Positions 42,201 through 52,958 of a DNA stretch of 64,000 bases are shown here, in pieces (positions within the stretch are counted from its first letter, which is position 1; each line of letters starts with the position of its first letter). The position numbers were made by a program, and so were the translations under genes. Source of the stretch: Macrostomum lignano (Eukaryota); contig NIVC01002275.1 in assembly GCA_002269645.1 (NCBI GenBank), positions 1 to 64,000 of the forward strand, given 5' to 3'. The notes under the pieces were generated by a model that ran no database searches, was not told where the DNA came from, and saw only the letters and a list, made by a program, of their open reading frames with translations.

Positions 42201-45200
42201 GATGATCCATTGGTGATTGACAGTTTAGTAGAATTATTACTGCTACTGAATAGCACCGGGACAATTGTAATTCGTAAATTGTTTAGTAGGCTGCGCAGCT
42301 CGTCTGATTGGTTGTAGCCTGAGGTGGGAAGGAAGATCGACGGCAGTTTAGGGGGGGGGGGTCAAGTGACCTCTCTGGTGCAATCCTAAACTCAAATATT
42401 TTTGTCGTCACTATCCTATATTCACAGATGATAACCGCTAGTTCAGAAGGGTCAAATGACCTCCAAAAAGCAGTTAATAATAAAGCTACTAATCTCTCTA
42501 CACTACCTAATAATAGTCTCCGTTATTTCAGGGGGGTCCAATTGACCTCGCTAAAGCAGTTAAAAAAGAAGCAACTAATGTATCTTCACTACCCACTAGT
42601 GTCCGTTATTTAATGGGGGGTCAAATGACCTCCCTCAGCTGCAGTTAATAATAAAGCTTCTAATCTATGTCTCTACACTATCCAACAACCAACTGGATTA
42701 GAAGGGGGGGTCAAGCGACCTTTTATTTTATTCTCACAGGCTAACATAATTGAATCTTAGGGGGGGGTCAAATCAAATGACCTCCACCGTAAACAAGCGC
42801 ACGCACCTGCAGCCAAATGCCTAGCCAATCGTAACAAAACTTCGCCAGTTGCGCTCTCAAATTTGTTCAGCGTGCCAACAAGCAGAGCGCCTGGTAGGCT
42901 ATTTTTAGCATCATCGTCATCGATTCGTCCGCACAGAGTTAGAGCGGTCACCCCATCTGCTAGACTGCGCACAGTCACCAGGCCAGGATACTGCCTAGCT
43001 AAATCTTTCGACTGCTGTCGATAATCGGCAATTGTTGGCAAAAATTCTGAAGCTAAATTGGCCTTCAAACTGAAATCCTGAGCTGCTGACCAATCGGCAA
43101 ATGGGCGAATGCGTAGAGTCGCATTCAGCTGCACTGCCGCCTCGTCTGTGACGGTCACGGTAGCTGAGTAGCTCGAGTACCTGCGGCCGGGTGGTTAATG
43201 TCCAGGTGATTAGTTCGGTGTCCGAAAACTTCATCTAAGGATCTGCCTAGCAACTGAGGATCTGGGAGGCTGGCCCAGAAACTGACACTCTGGGAGGCTG
43301 GCCCAGCAACTGAGGATCTGGGAGGCTGGCCCAGCAACTGAGGATCTGGGAGGCTGGCCCAGCAACTGAGGATCTGGGAGGCTGGCCCAGCAACTGAGGA
43401 TCTGGGAGGCTGGCCCAGCAACTGAGGATCTGGGAGGCTGGCCCAGCAACTGAGGATCTGGGAGGCTGGCCCAGCAACTGAGGATCTGGGAGGCTGGCCC
43501 AGCAACTGAGGATCTGGGAGGCTGGCCCAGCAACTGAGGATCTGGGAGGCTGGCCCAGCAACTGAGGATCTGGGAGGCTGGCCCAGCAACTGAGGATCTG
43601 AGAGGCTGGCCCAGCAACTGAGGATCAGGGAGGCTGGCCCAGCAAATGAGGATCTGGAAGGCTGGCCCAGCAACTGAGGATCTGGGAGGCTGGCCCAGCA
43701 ACTGAGGATCTGGGAGGCTGGCTTAGCAGCTGAGAATCTGGGAGGCTGGCTTAGCAGCTGAGGATCTGGGAGGCTGGCTTAGCAGCTGAGGATCTGGGAG
43801 GCTGGCCCAGAAACTGAGGAACTGGGAGGCTGGCCCAGAAACTGAGGAACTGGGAGGCTGGCTTAGCAGCTGAGGATCTGGGAGGCTGGCTTAGCAGCTG
43901 AGGATCTGGGAGGCTGGCCCAGAAACTGAGGAACTGGGAGGCTGGCCCAGAAACTGAGGAACTGGGAGGCTGGCCCAGAAACTGAGGAACTGGGAGGCTG
44001 GCCCAGAAACTGAGGAACTGGGAGGCTGGCCCAGAAACTGAGGAACTGGGAGGCTGGCTTAGCAGCTGAGGATCTGGGAGGCTGGCTTAGCAGCTGAGGA
44101 TCTGGGAGGCTGGCCCAGAAACTGAGGAACTGGGAGGCTGGCCCAGAAACTGAGGAACTGGGAGGCTGGCCCAGAAACTGAGAATCTGGGAGGCTGGCCC
44201 AGAAACTGAGAATCTGGGAGGCTGGCTTAGCAGCTGAGGATCTGGGAGGCTGGCCCAGAAACTGAGGAACTGGGAGGCTGGCCCAGAAACTGAGGAACTG
44301 GGAGGCTGGCCCAGAAACTGAGGAACTGGGAGGCTGGCTTAGCAACTGAGGAACTGGGAGGCTGGCTTGGCAACTGAGGATCTGGGAGGCTAGCTTAGCA
44401 GCTGAGGATCTGGGAGGCTGGTGGCTCAGCAACTGAGGATCTGGGAGGCTGGCCCAGCAACTGAGGATCTGGGAGGCTGGCCAAGCAACTGAGGATCTGA
44501 GAGACTGGCCCAGCAACTGAGGATCTGGGAGGCTGGCCCAGCAACTGAGGATCTGGGAGGCTGGCCCAGCAACTGAGGATCTGGGAGGCTGGCCCAGCAA
44601 CTGAGGATCTGGGAGGCTGGCCAAGCAACTGAGGATCTGAGAGACTGGCCCAGCAACTGAGGATCTGGGAGGCTGGCCAAGCAACTGAGGATCTGAGAGA
44701 CTGGCCCAGCAACTAAGGACAGTTGAAGCCGGCCAAGCCCCAACAAACTCACCCGCGCTTAACAAACCGCAGCGTGTACGACCCAGGAGCCAACAGTCTC
44801 CAATAGTCGCCATCCTGAGCAGTCAGCACAGCGTGATCAATGCCATCAACCAGGACGCTAACAGCAGACAAAGGTGCTCCAGTATCGAAGTCCAGCACGA
44901 ATCCGCGGACGCCTTTGTGCACAGCTGACATGAACACTAACAGGGGGTAGAAATTCTCAGACCAATACCTGGGCAGCTCGGCAGCGTAGGGATGCTTATT
45001 ACAGCTGAGCTCTAGCGTCAGTTCAAAGCAGTTCGTATTCAGATAATTGTAGTCCTGCATGCCGCCGTACAGGCTGTACCACTGGGCCCCGTTAGTGATG
45101 CCGTCTGTGAATCGTTCTGTGAGGTAAGCTGGACATCTGTGCTGGCTGGTCATCCGGGGGTGACTGCTGGAGTAGGCTCTGGCCAGCTGGCGAAATGTGG

Positions 45201-48200
45201 CATCGTCTGGAGCTCTGGAATTCACAGTGTTGCGACGCGATCGATCAATTATGAAATCTGATGCCATATAGCATTGATCTGTTTGGGTATTATGGCTAAT
45301 AAGTATTATAAAAATGTAATTTAACTTGATCATAAGGAACCAAGGACTACGTCATAAGGAATCCAAGAATCGGGTTATAAAAATTCAAGGATTGGGTCAT
45401 AATTAGGAATCTAGGATTGAGTCACAATACGAGCTAATTCAAGGATTGGGTCATGAAGAATCAAATATTGCGTCATAAGGAACCAAGGATTGGGTCATAA
45501 GAATTTAAGGATTGGGTCATAAGAATTCAAGGATTGGGTCATAAGAATTCAAGGATTGGGTCATAAAGAATCAAATATTGCGTCATAAGGAACCAAGGAT
45601 TGCGTCATAAGGAATCCAAGAATAGGGTTATAAAATTCAAGGATTGGGTCATAAGGAATCTAAGGATTGGATCATAAGAATTCTGGGAATGGAAATGAAG
45701 ATTTTCTGTGTCATTCGAATTTAGGGATTGGATCATAGGGATTGTCTGATTAGGTTAAAAACGCTTTTACAAGATTGGTCATTGAGATTTTTTTACTGTT
45801 TTTTTACGACTACGGCCCGATTACATTCGTATTATAACAATCAAAGCATCGCAGCTTACTTAGAGTAGACGCTAGCGCCCTCCTTGGTGCCGTCGAACGG
45901 ATAGTTTGCAACAACGGCGCCGCCGTGCAAATTAGCGCTGAGGACAAACGGCCATCTGAGTATGCGCGAAGGAAGTGAAATATAGAGTTTAAAAAGAAAT
46001 GCTATTATGTCTCGCTTTTACATGTCGTCAAGGTCAATCGGAATTTCTTAAAGTCAAACAATCGGAATTTTCCAAAGTCAAACAATTAGGAGCTTTTAGG
46101 GTCAAACGATTGAATTTTTCAAAGTCAAACAATTAGGAGCTTTTAGGGTCAAACGATTGAATTTTTCAAAGTCAAATAATCAGAACTTTTGAGGTCAAAC
46201 AATCTGATGTTTTATAAGGTCAAAAAATTAATTTTTTTCAAGGTCAAACAGTTGAAATTTTTCAAGGTCAAATAATCGGCATTTTCCAAGGCCAAACAAT
46301 CGGAATTTTACAAGGTCAAACAGTTGGAATTTTCCAAGGTCAAACAATTGGAATTTTCTAAGGTCAAACAATCGGAATTTTACAAGGTCAAACAGTTGGA
46401 ATTTTCCAAGGTCAAACAATCGGAATTTTACAAGGTCAAATGATCGGTACTTTTCAAGGTCAAACTATTGGAATTTATTTAAGGCCAAACAATTTTACTT
46501 TTTAAGGTCAAACAATCGGAATATTCCAAGGTCAAACAATTGGAATTTTCCAAGGTCAAACGCGGAAATTTCCAAGGTCAAACAATCGGGTTTCTCCAAA
46601 ATTTTCTCAGGGTATTTCAGGGTATCTCAGATATCTCATCTCAGGTATTTCAGGGTATCTAAGAGTACTTATTTCTAAAAGCTCAGCAAAAACGAAACCC
46701 CCTAACCTGGCCAGCCAGGCGCGCACAGCCGCAGTCTCCGGCTGCTCCGGTTTCTCGTCCGGTTCGCCGGCGCGAAATTGATCGGGAAAATTTCTATTCA
46801 AATCGATGCCATTAGCGTTAGACCGGCCAATAACGCCGTTAGAATCGCCAGCATGGGAACTCTCGTATCCGTCTGGGTTCATGCTGGGCATGATGTGCAC
46901 CCGAGTGCTGGCCAGCAGATCTTTGACTAACGGAGTTCGGTCGTAATTGCGGCAAAGAAAATCGGCTAAATAAAGAAGCACTTCCCGGCTCACTACTTCG
47001 TTGCCGTGCATGTTGCCAACGTACTTGAATTCGGGTACGCCTGGCAACAGTGAAGTCAAGGTGGGGTGTGCATATATAAGTTGCGAGAATTTCCAATAAA
47101 ACTTGAGGAACTTGGAAATTCGCCTATATCAAGATCAAATAAGTTTTTTAGTCCCTATCAAGGTCAAGCTATCTGAAAATCCCCATTGAAGTCAAGTTAT
47201 TTGGAATTCCCCATCAAGATTGAGTTATTTGGAATTCCCCATCAAGATTGAGTTATTTGGAATTCCCCATCAAGATAGAGTTATTTGGAATTCCCCATCA
47301 AGATTGAGTTATTTGGAATTCCCCATCAAGATAGAGTTATTTGGAATTCCCCATCAAGATAGAGTTATTTGGAATTCCCCATCAAAGTCAATTAATATGG
47401 AATTTCCTATCAAGGTCACGTTTTTTGGAATTCCCCACCAAGGTCAATTTTTGGAATTTCCCACCAAGGTTATTTTTTTGGAATTTCCTATCAAGGTCAA
47501 GTCATTTATAATTATCTAGATAGTTATTATCTATCAAGATTAATATAAAAACTCAGTAGGCATATAAAAAATTTAATACTACTACATCGATCGACACTAG
47601 CTACCGATATGTATCGAACGGAAAAAAATAACCAACGGAGAAAAGGCACAAACCTGGCCTATGCGATCCAGGCAACTGGCCGGAAAACTCAATAACCCAC
47701 AGTTCTCGATTTTGAACAGATTTTCCAATCGAATAAAGGCGAGTCACGCTTGGACAAGCTGAATGAATTCTGTGCAGGTAGGCCGTCAGAGCGTCGTAAT
47801 TATGGTGCCTGGAGGAAATCCGATTAGTAACGATTATTAAGTCAGTATTTGAATATAATACTTAAATTTCGCATTACTGCCCATAGACAGAATTTCTGTT
47901 GGCCTCTCTTTAACTGTCTCTCCCTCTACCTGTCTCCCTCTACCTGTCTCCCTCTACCTGTCTCTCTCTACCTGTCTCTCCCTCTACCTGTCTCTCTCTA
48001 TCTGTCTCTCTCTACCTGTCTCTCTCCCTCTACCTGTCTCTCTCCCTCTACCTGTCTCTCCCTCTGCCTGTCTCTCTCCCTCTACCTGTCTCTCTTCTAC
48101 CTGTCTCTCCCTCTACCTGTCTCTCTCTACCTGTCTCTCTCTCTACCTGTCTCTCTCTACCTGTCTCTCCCTCTACCTGTCTCTCTCTACCTGTCTCTCT

Positions 48201-50703
48201 CTCTACCTGTCTCTCTTCTACCTGTCTCTCCCTCTGCCTGTCTCTCTCCCTCTACCTGTCTCTCTTCTACCTGTCTCTCCCTCTACCTGTCTCTCTCTAC
48301 CTGACTCTCTCTACCTGTCTCTCCCTCTGCCTGTCTCTCTTCTACCTGTCTCTCTCTCTCTACCTGTCTCTCTCTACCTGTCTCTCTCTACCTGTCTCTC
48401 TCTATCTGTCTCTCTTCTACCTGTCTCTCCCTCTGCCTGTCTCTCTCCCTCTACCTGTCCCTCTTCTACCTGTCTCTCCCTCTGCCTGTCTCTCTTCTAC
48501 CTGTCTCTCTCCCTCTACCTGTCTCTCTCCCTCTACCTGTCATTCTCTACCTACATCTCTATCTCTATAAAATAAAAAACAGTAAGCAAACTCACACAAG
48601 CGACTTGCTATCAACTGGAACATAGTCTTTGAACACTTTCCGTTCTCGATCTGATCGCATTTGATTTGTAAATTTGACAAGCCTCAATATTGGCGAAGAT
48701 TCGTTCCGCGGGTACTGATCGCCGACACTAAGAATTGAGAAGGCGGATAAAAAACCTATCAGCAGCATAGCAACTAGTATGTCTCGTCAGCTAATATGTC
48801 ATCGTTAGTACTCGTAATTCAAAAACATTTTAATTTGAAAATCAGACAAATGCTTATTATTAATTCATACTGAAGCATAGATAGTCGCTATACCAGTCAT
48901 TCTCGTAATCTACTTTGTCATAATATTTAAAAAGCGAAGGACTTACAGACTCTAGATAAAGTCTGGTATAGTAGTACAATTATGGAAAACAACATATAAG
49001 CGAAACTCGATATCAGACAAATGCCTCATTGAAATTTCATAACTGGCACAAACTGAAATTTGCACCTGTCAATCTCGTCATCTATTCTGTCATCATTAGC
49101 GAGTTTATATAAATACTAACTATTCCCTACATTAGAGTCTCGTTCTCAGACAAATGCCTCATTAAGATCACGGAGCAGACACTGATTATGCCTGTCAGTT
49201 CGTCATCTAAATTGTCATCACTGCTCACACAATGACCTAAAGCACTCTATGTACTTGATAAGCTCATAAATCATATAAATCTAAGATATAAACTCAGGAC
49301 TCAGGGCTCAGACAAATGCCTCATTAAATTTCACTAATTGGCACAAACTACTCGAGTTTGCACCTGTCAATCTCGTCATCTATTGTCATCACAGCGAGTC
49401 CGCATAGTCACTAACAATGTGCATTGAGCAATCAAGTCTGTAAGCCGGAATTAACATCCACCAGCAGCCAGGCAGCTCTGAAGTCAGCGACAGCTGCAGC
49501 GGTGTGCTGTTGCCAGCTGGGTTGCTCTGGCACCAGTATTAAACTTGACCGGGCTTGACAACTAATTGCATGGCAACTAGCACCCATTGGTCAAGGGATC
49601 AAATCTGGTGCCGTGTGCTTATCTGATTGCAGGGCAACTAGCACCCATTGGTCAAGGGATCAAATCTGGTGCCGTGTGTTTATCTGATTGCAGGGCAACT
49701 AGCACCCATTGGTCAAGGGATCAAATCTGGTGCCGTGTGCTTATCTGATTGTATGGCAACTGGCACCCATTGGTCAAGGGATCAAATCTGGTGCCGTGTG
49801 CTTATCTGATTGCAGGGCAACTAGCACCCATTGGTCAAGGGATCAAATCTGGTGCCGTGTGCTTATCTGATTGCAGGGCAACTAGCACCCATTGGTCAAT
49901 AGTCCATCAGTCCAGCTTATCTTTGACATTTGACATTATATTAAGAAAAGACAAACTTTATTTCCAATGGGGGAACAAAAACAACTTCAGTTGTGCAGCT
50001 TCGCTCACCTGACGTCTCGACGCAATCTCAGTCTGTATTCATGGTCATCAGCCAGGACTCCCCAGTTGATAAACTGCCATTGCAAGTGATTAGTCAAATT
50101 AAACGCCCGATGCCTCGCTTTTAACGCGCCGCTTCGATAGCAATTGTCTATGGTAATGATGGATTTAACCTTGCAGCCATTGTCAGCCAGATTGTTAACC
50201 AACTGTTCAACTAACTCAGGCTGTCCGCTTAAATCTTTTTCGCAGGCAAGAATTTGACATATTCGCTTCTTAGTTATGGATTCATAACCGACCAAGTCTA
50301 ATTGACGCAATGCTTTTAAAACGTTTGTATTGTTGCTCCTAGTTGGTAGTAGAAATTCTGCAACAATTTTACTCCTTGTCGAGGTTGAAGATGGCAAATT
50401 AACAAAGTCTTTTAGTAGCATCAGTTGCTTAGCAACTGAACTAGCAGCAGCTTGACTAGTCGCTGCGTAGGTTAATATCAGCATTGGTTTGACTGACACC
50501 TGATCAGCGCTATCATCGCTGCTTGATAACCGATAAACATTAACACCTTCAAGGTTACTGATTGCGAATCTTGGCTGAGTTGTAACATTTTCAGCTAATA
50601 ATAACGCCAGCTGGGATAGCCGCAACAACATAATTGTCAGCATTATAAGCCATCGGTTGCCATGGAAACGGGAAAGACGATTGGCATTTGAATTTGGCAG
50701 CAT
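36294..50703 (-). CDS. CPD: Carboxypeptidase D-like metallocarboxypeptidase (M14B), type I membrane protein, about 1500 aa
   Basis: Exons 50703-50009, 48727-48596, 47808-47654, 47040-46707, 45955-45860, 45214-44753, 43180-42807, 42318-41846, 40900-40786, 40093-39643, 38874-38190, 37443-37122, 36556-36294; all GT-AG and phase-consistent. Domain 1 is intact: [56 protein letters not shown], and a transthyretin-like KGVRGFV segment. Two degenerate repeats follow, then a TM ([17 protein letters not shown]) and a tail with YSKV and acidic DPEEVY. Confidence 0.9.
36595..37110. repeat. Minisatellite, 23-nt unit
   Basis: CCCAATCAGCCTCACTTTCAGTG repeated. Confidence 0.95.
37655..38110. repeat. AT-rich minisatellite, about 33-35-nt unit
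   Basis: ATTAACACCTGAATAATAGGATCACTAATTAAGGG variants. Confidence 0.85.
39235..39585. repeat. Degenerate G-rich tandem repeat (GGGGTCAATTAGAG)
   Basis: Direct observation. Confidence 0.75.
40225..40705. repeat. 27-nt CAGATCCTCA-family minisatellite (inverted orientation)
   Basis: GGAGGCTGGCCCAGCAACTGAGGATCTG variants. Confidence 0.95.
40950..41815. repeat. Minisatellite, about 20-nt unit with GAGGATCTG core
   Basis: GAGGATCTGGGGATTCTATT repeated. Confidence 0.95.
43250..44715. repeat. 27-nt CAGATCCTCA-family minisatellite (inverted)
   Basis: AACTGAGGATCTGGGAGGCTGGCCCAGC repeated. Confidence 0.97.
45335..45700. repeat. Minisatellite, about 22-nt unit
   Basis: GGATTGGGTCATAAGAATTCAA variants. 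Confidence 0.85.
46030..46590. repeat. Minisatellite, 24-nt unit
   Basis: AAGGTCAAACAATCGGAATTTTCC variants. Confidence 0.9.
47165..47500. repeat. Minisatellite, 27-nt unit
   Basis: GAGTTATTTGGAATTCCCCATCAAGAT repeated. Confidence 0.9.
47915..48570. repeat. CT-rich minisatellite (TCTACCTGTCTCTC)
   Basis: Direct observation. Confidence 0.9.
48842..48923 (-). ncRNA. Degenerate U15-like C/D snoRNA copy (possible pseudogene)
   Basis: C box altered to TTATGA; D' guide TAGATTACGAG has a mismatch; D guide shortened to GCATTTG-T-CTGA. Confidence 0.55.
49013..49096 (-). ncRNA. SNORD15: Box C/D snoRNA, U15/SNORD15-like (subfamily B)
   Basis: Minus strand: ATGATGA (C box)...TAGATGACGAG-A-TTGA (D' guide and box)...ATGAGGCATTTG-T-CTGA (D guide and box). 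Terminal stem AACTCG/CGAGTT. Both guides are complementary to the conserved LSU rRNA segment GCCAAAUGCCUCGUCAUCUAA. Confidence 0.85.
49146..49221 (-). ncRNA. SNORD15: Box C/D snoRNA, U15-like (subfamily A, shifted D' register)
   Basis: GTGATGA...TTAGATGACGA-A-CTGA...ATGAGGCATTTG-T-CTGA on the minus strand. Confidence 0.85.
49308..49392 (-). ncRNA. SNORD15: Box C/D snoRNA, U15-like (subfamily B)
   Basis: GTGATGA...TAGATGACGAG-A-TTGA...ATGAGGCATTTG-T-CTGA; flanking GGACTC/GAGTCC stem. Confidence 0.85.
49567..49897. repeat. 58-60-nt minisatellite (copy 1 of duplicated cassette)
   Basis: GGCAACTAGCACCCATTGGTCAAGGGATCAAATCTGGTGCCGTGTGCTTATCTGATTGCA, about 5.5 units. Confidence 0.95.
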
Positions 50704-51202
50704 GTCTCCTTATGTATTACGATGCGTGCATGCAAAAAGCACTCTAGATGGAATGTAGCTCGAAGATATTCTGAAATGTCAAAGTATAAAAAGTAATTGA
50801 TAGTTCAGAAATTATCATTTTACAGACGAATAACTAACTAAATAATTTATCAATATTACAGACATCTAATACTAAAAGCTAATGAGATATTTTTTAATTA
50901 CTGACACCTGACACGTTTTTAAGGCACTCACTGACACCTAACACCCAACTTTACAATTTAAATGTAAACCCAAAAAACATTATCTGTGCTATACTAAAAC
51001 CGAAATCATTAGTAAATCAAACAAACCACCATTTAAACGATATGATATTAAAAAGGCGGCAAATGTTCTTTTACCCGATACAAATGGTATTTTATATTTA
51101 TTCATAATAGGAAAGTATTAACAAGTCGTTAAAAAGTCGTTTGAGTAAGAGAAAAATGAACCTTGAAAACTATAATCATGGATTCATAATAATTTTTGCA
51201 AC

Positions 51203-52172
51203 ACTGAGGATCTGGGAGGCTGGCCCAGCAACTGAGGATCTGGGAGGCTGGCACAGCAACTGACACTCTGGGAGGCTGGCCCAGCAACTGACACTCTGGG
51301 AGGCTGGCCCAGCAACTGAGGATCTGTGAGACTGGCCCAGCGACTGAGGATCTGGGAGGCTGGCCCCGCAACTGAGGATCTGGGAGGCTGGCCCAGCAAC
51401 TGGGGATCTGGGAGGCTGGCCCAGCAACTGAGGATCTGGGAGGCTGGCCCAGCAACTGAGGATCTGGGACGCTGGCCCAGCAACTGAGGATCTGGGAGGC
51501 TGGCCCAGCAACTGAGTATCTGGGAGGCTGGCCCAGCAACTGAGGATCTGGGAGGCTGGCCCAGCAACTGACATTCTGGGAGGCTGGCCCAGCAACTGAC
51601 ACTCTGGGAGGCTGGCCCAGCAACTGAGGATCTGGGAGGCTGGCCCAGCAACTGAGGATCTGGGAGGCTGGCCAGCAACTGAGGATCTGGGAGGCTGGCC
51701 CAGCAACTGAGGATCTGGGAGGCTGGCCCAGCAACTGAGGATCTGGGAGGCTGGCCCAGCAACTGACACTCTGGGAGGCTGGCCCAGCAACTGACACTCT
51801 GGGAGGCTGGCCCAACAACTGACACTCTGGGAGGCTGGCCCAGCAACTGACACTCTGGGAGGCTGGCCCAGCAACTGACACTCTGGGAGGCTGGCCCAGC
51901 AACTGACACTGAGAGGCTGGCCCAGCAACTGACACTGAGAGGCTGGCCCAGCAACTGACACTGAGAGGCTGGCCCAGCAACTGACACTGAGAGGCTGGCC
52001 CAGCAACTGACACTGAGAGGCTGGCCCAGCAACTGACACTGAGAGGCTAGCCCAGCAACTGACACTGAGAGGCTGGCCCAGCAACTGACACTGAGAGGCT
52101 GGCCCAGCAACTGACACTGAGAGGCTGGCCCAGCAACTGACACTGAGAGGCTGGCCCAGCAACTGAGGATCT
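51203..52172. repeat. 27-nt CAGATCCTCA-family minisatellite (LEM-CPD spacer)
   Basis: Same unit as 43250-44715. Confidence 0.97.
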
Positions 52173-52958
52173 AGAAGAAATACATTTTGTTTTTCCGTTC
52201 AAAGACGTTCTAGTAGACTCCAAATGGATTTTAACTAATTTGCTGCAGATTGCATAATAACTATTACAAAATGGCGCAAGGCAAAAGTTTTAATATACGT
52301 AAATTCTGATCACTTTAGTACAAAAATACTTTAACTACTACTTGTTACTATTAGTAGTACGAGCATTACTAATTGATTTAAAGTATGCAAGCAATATAAA
52401 CTGGGACAGCGAAGTTGCACCCGGCTAGAGAGAGTCATAAAATGCGGTAAGCAAAAACACCTACTGGATAATAATATTTAATAAATTGAACAAGTGAGTG
52501 GCAGAGGTACAAAAGGAGCAGTTTGTATACATAAATCTTTATTTAAAAAAACTTTGCAAAGTAATGTTTGAAAAAAATTGACGGTGTTATTATAAATAAA
52601 TGTGAATACAGCAACGGGTTACTAAAAAGAAATTACTGCCTTACTTCCATACGACACACTTTTACAATAATAGAACTTACATGTATAGCCATGTTTATAT
52701 TATAACTGAATAAATCACAGACTATATTCAACACAAAGACTATATTCCAACACAAAGACCCTATTTAACACAAAGACCCTCTACAGCACAGACTCCACCC
52801 TAGTCAACACTAAGACCCTACTCAACACAAAGACCCAGGTTATATTCAAAGAAGTGCACCGGGAACCAGGGGAATTTAAAGTTCGCGCAGTTAAGTCAGG
52901 TCAATAAAAAACGGACACAACGAACATGATCAGGTAGACTGCGATGCAATCTCCGCAT

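Noticed and set aside
48947-48962. 16-nt micro-exon candidate (CAG|ACTTTATCTAGAGTCT|GTAAGT, minus strand) between snoRNA copies; similar 8-nt candidate near 49229-49236
   Set aside because: The 16-nt exon shifts phase unless a weaker downstream acceptor is used, and the 8-nt candidate is not conserved in the duplicated cassette. Both are unsupported without RNA-seq.
49146-49221. Possibility that the repeated 80-nt units are spliced-leader RNA genes or rRNA fragments
   Set aside because: There is no AUG|GU leader junction or Sm site. The rRNA matches are two short antisense blocks positioned exactly before the D and D' boxes.
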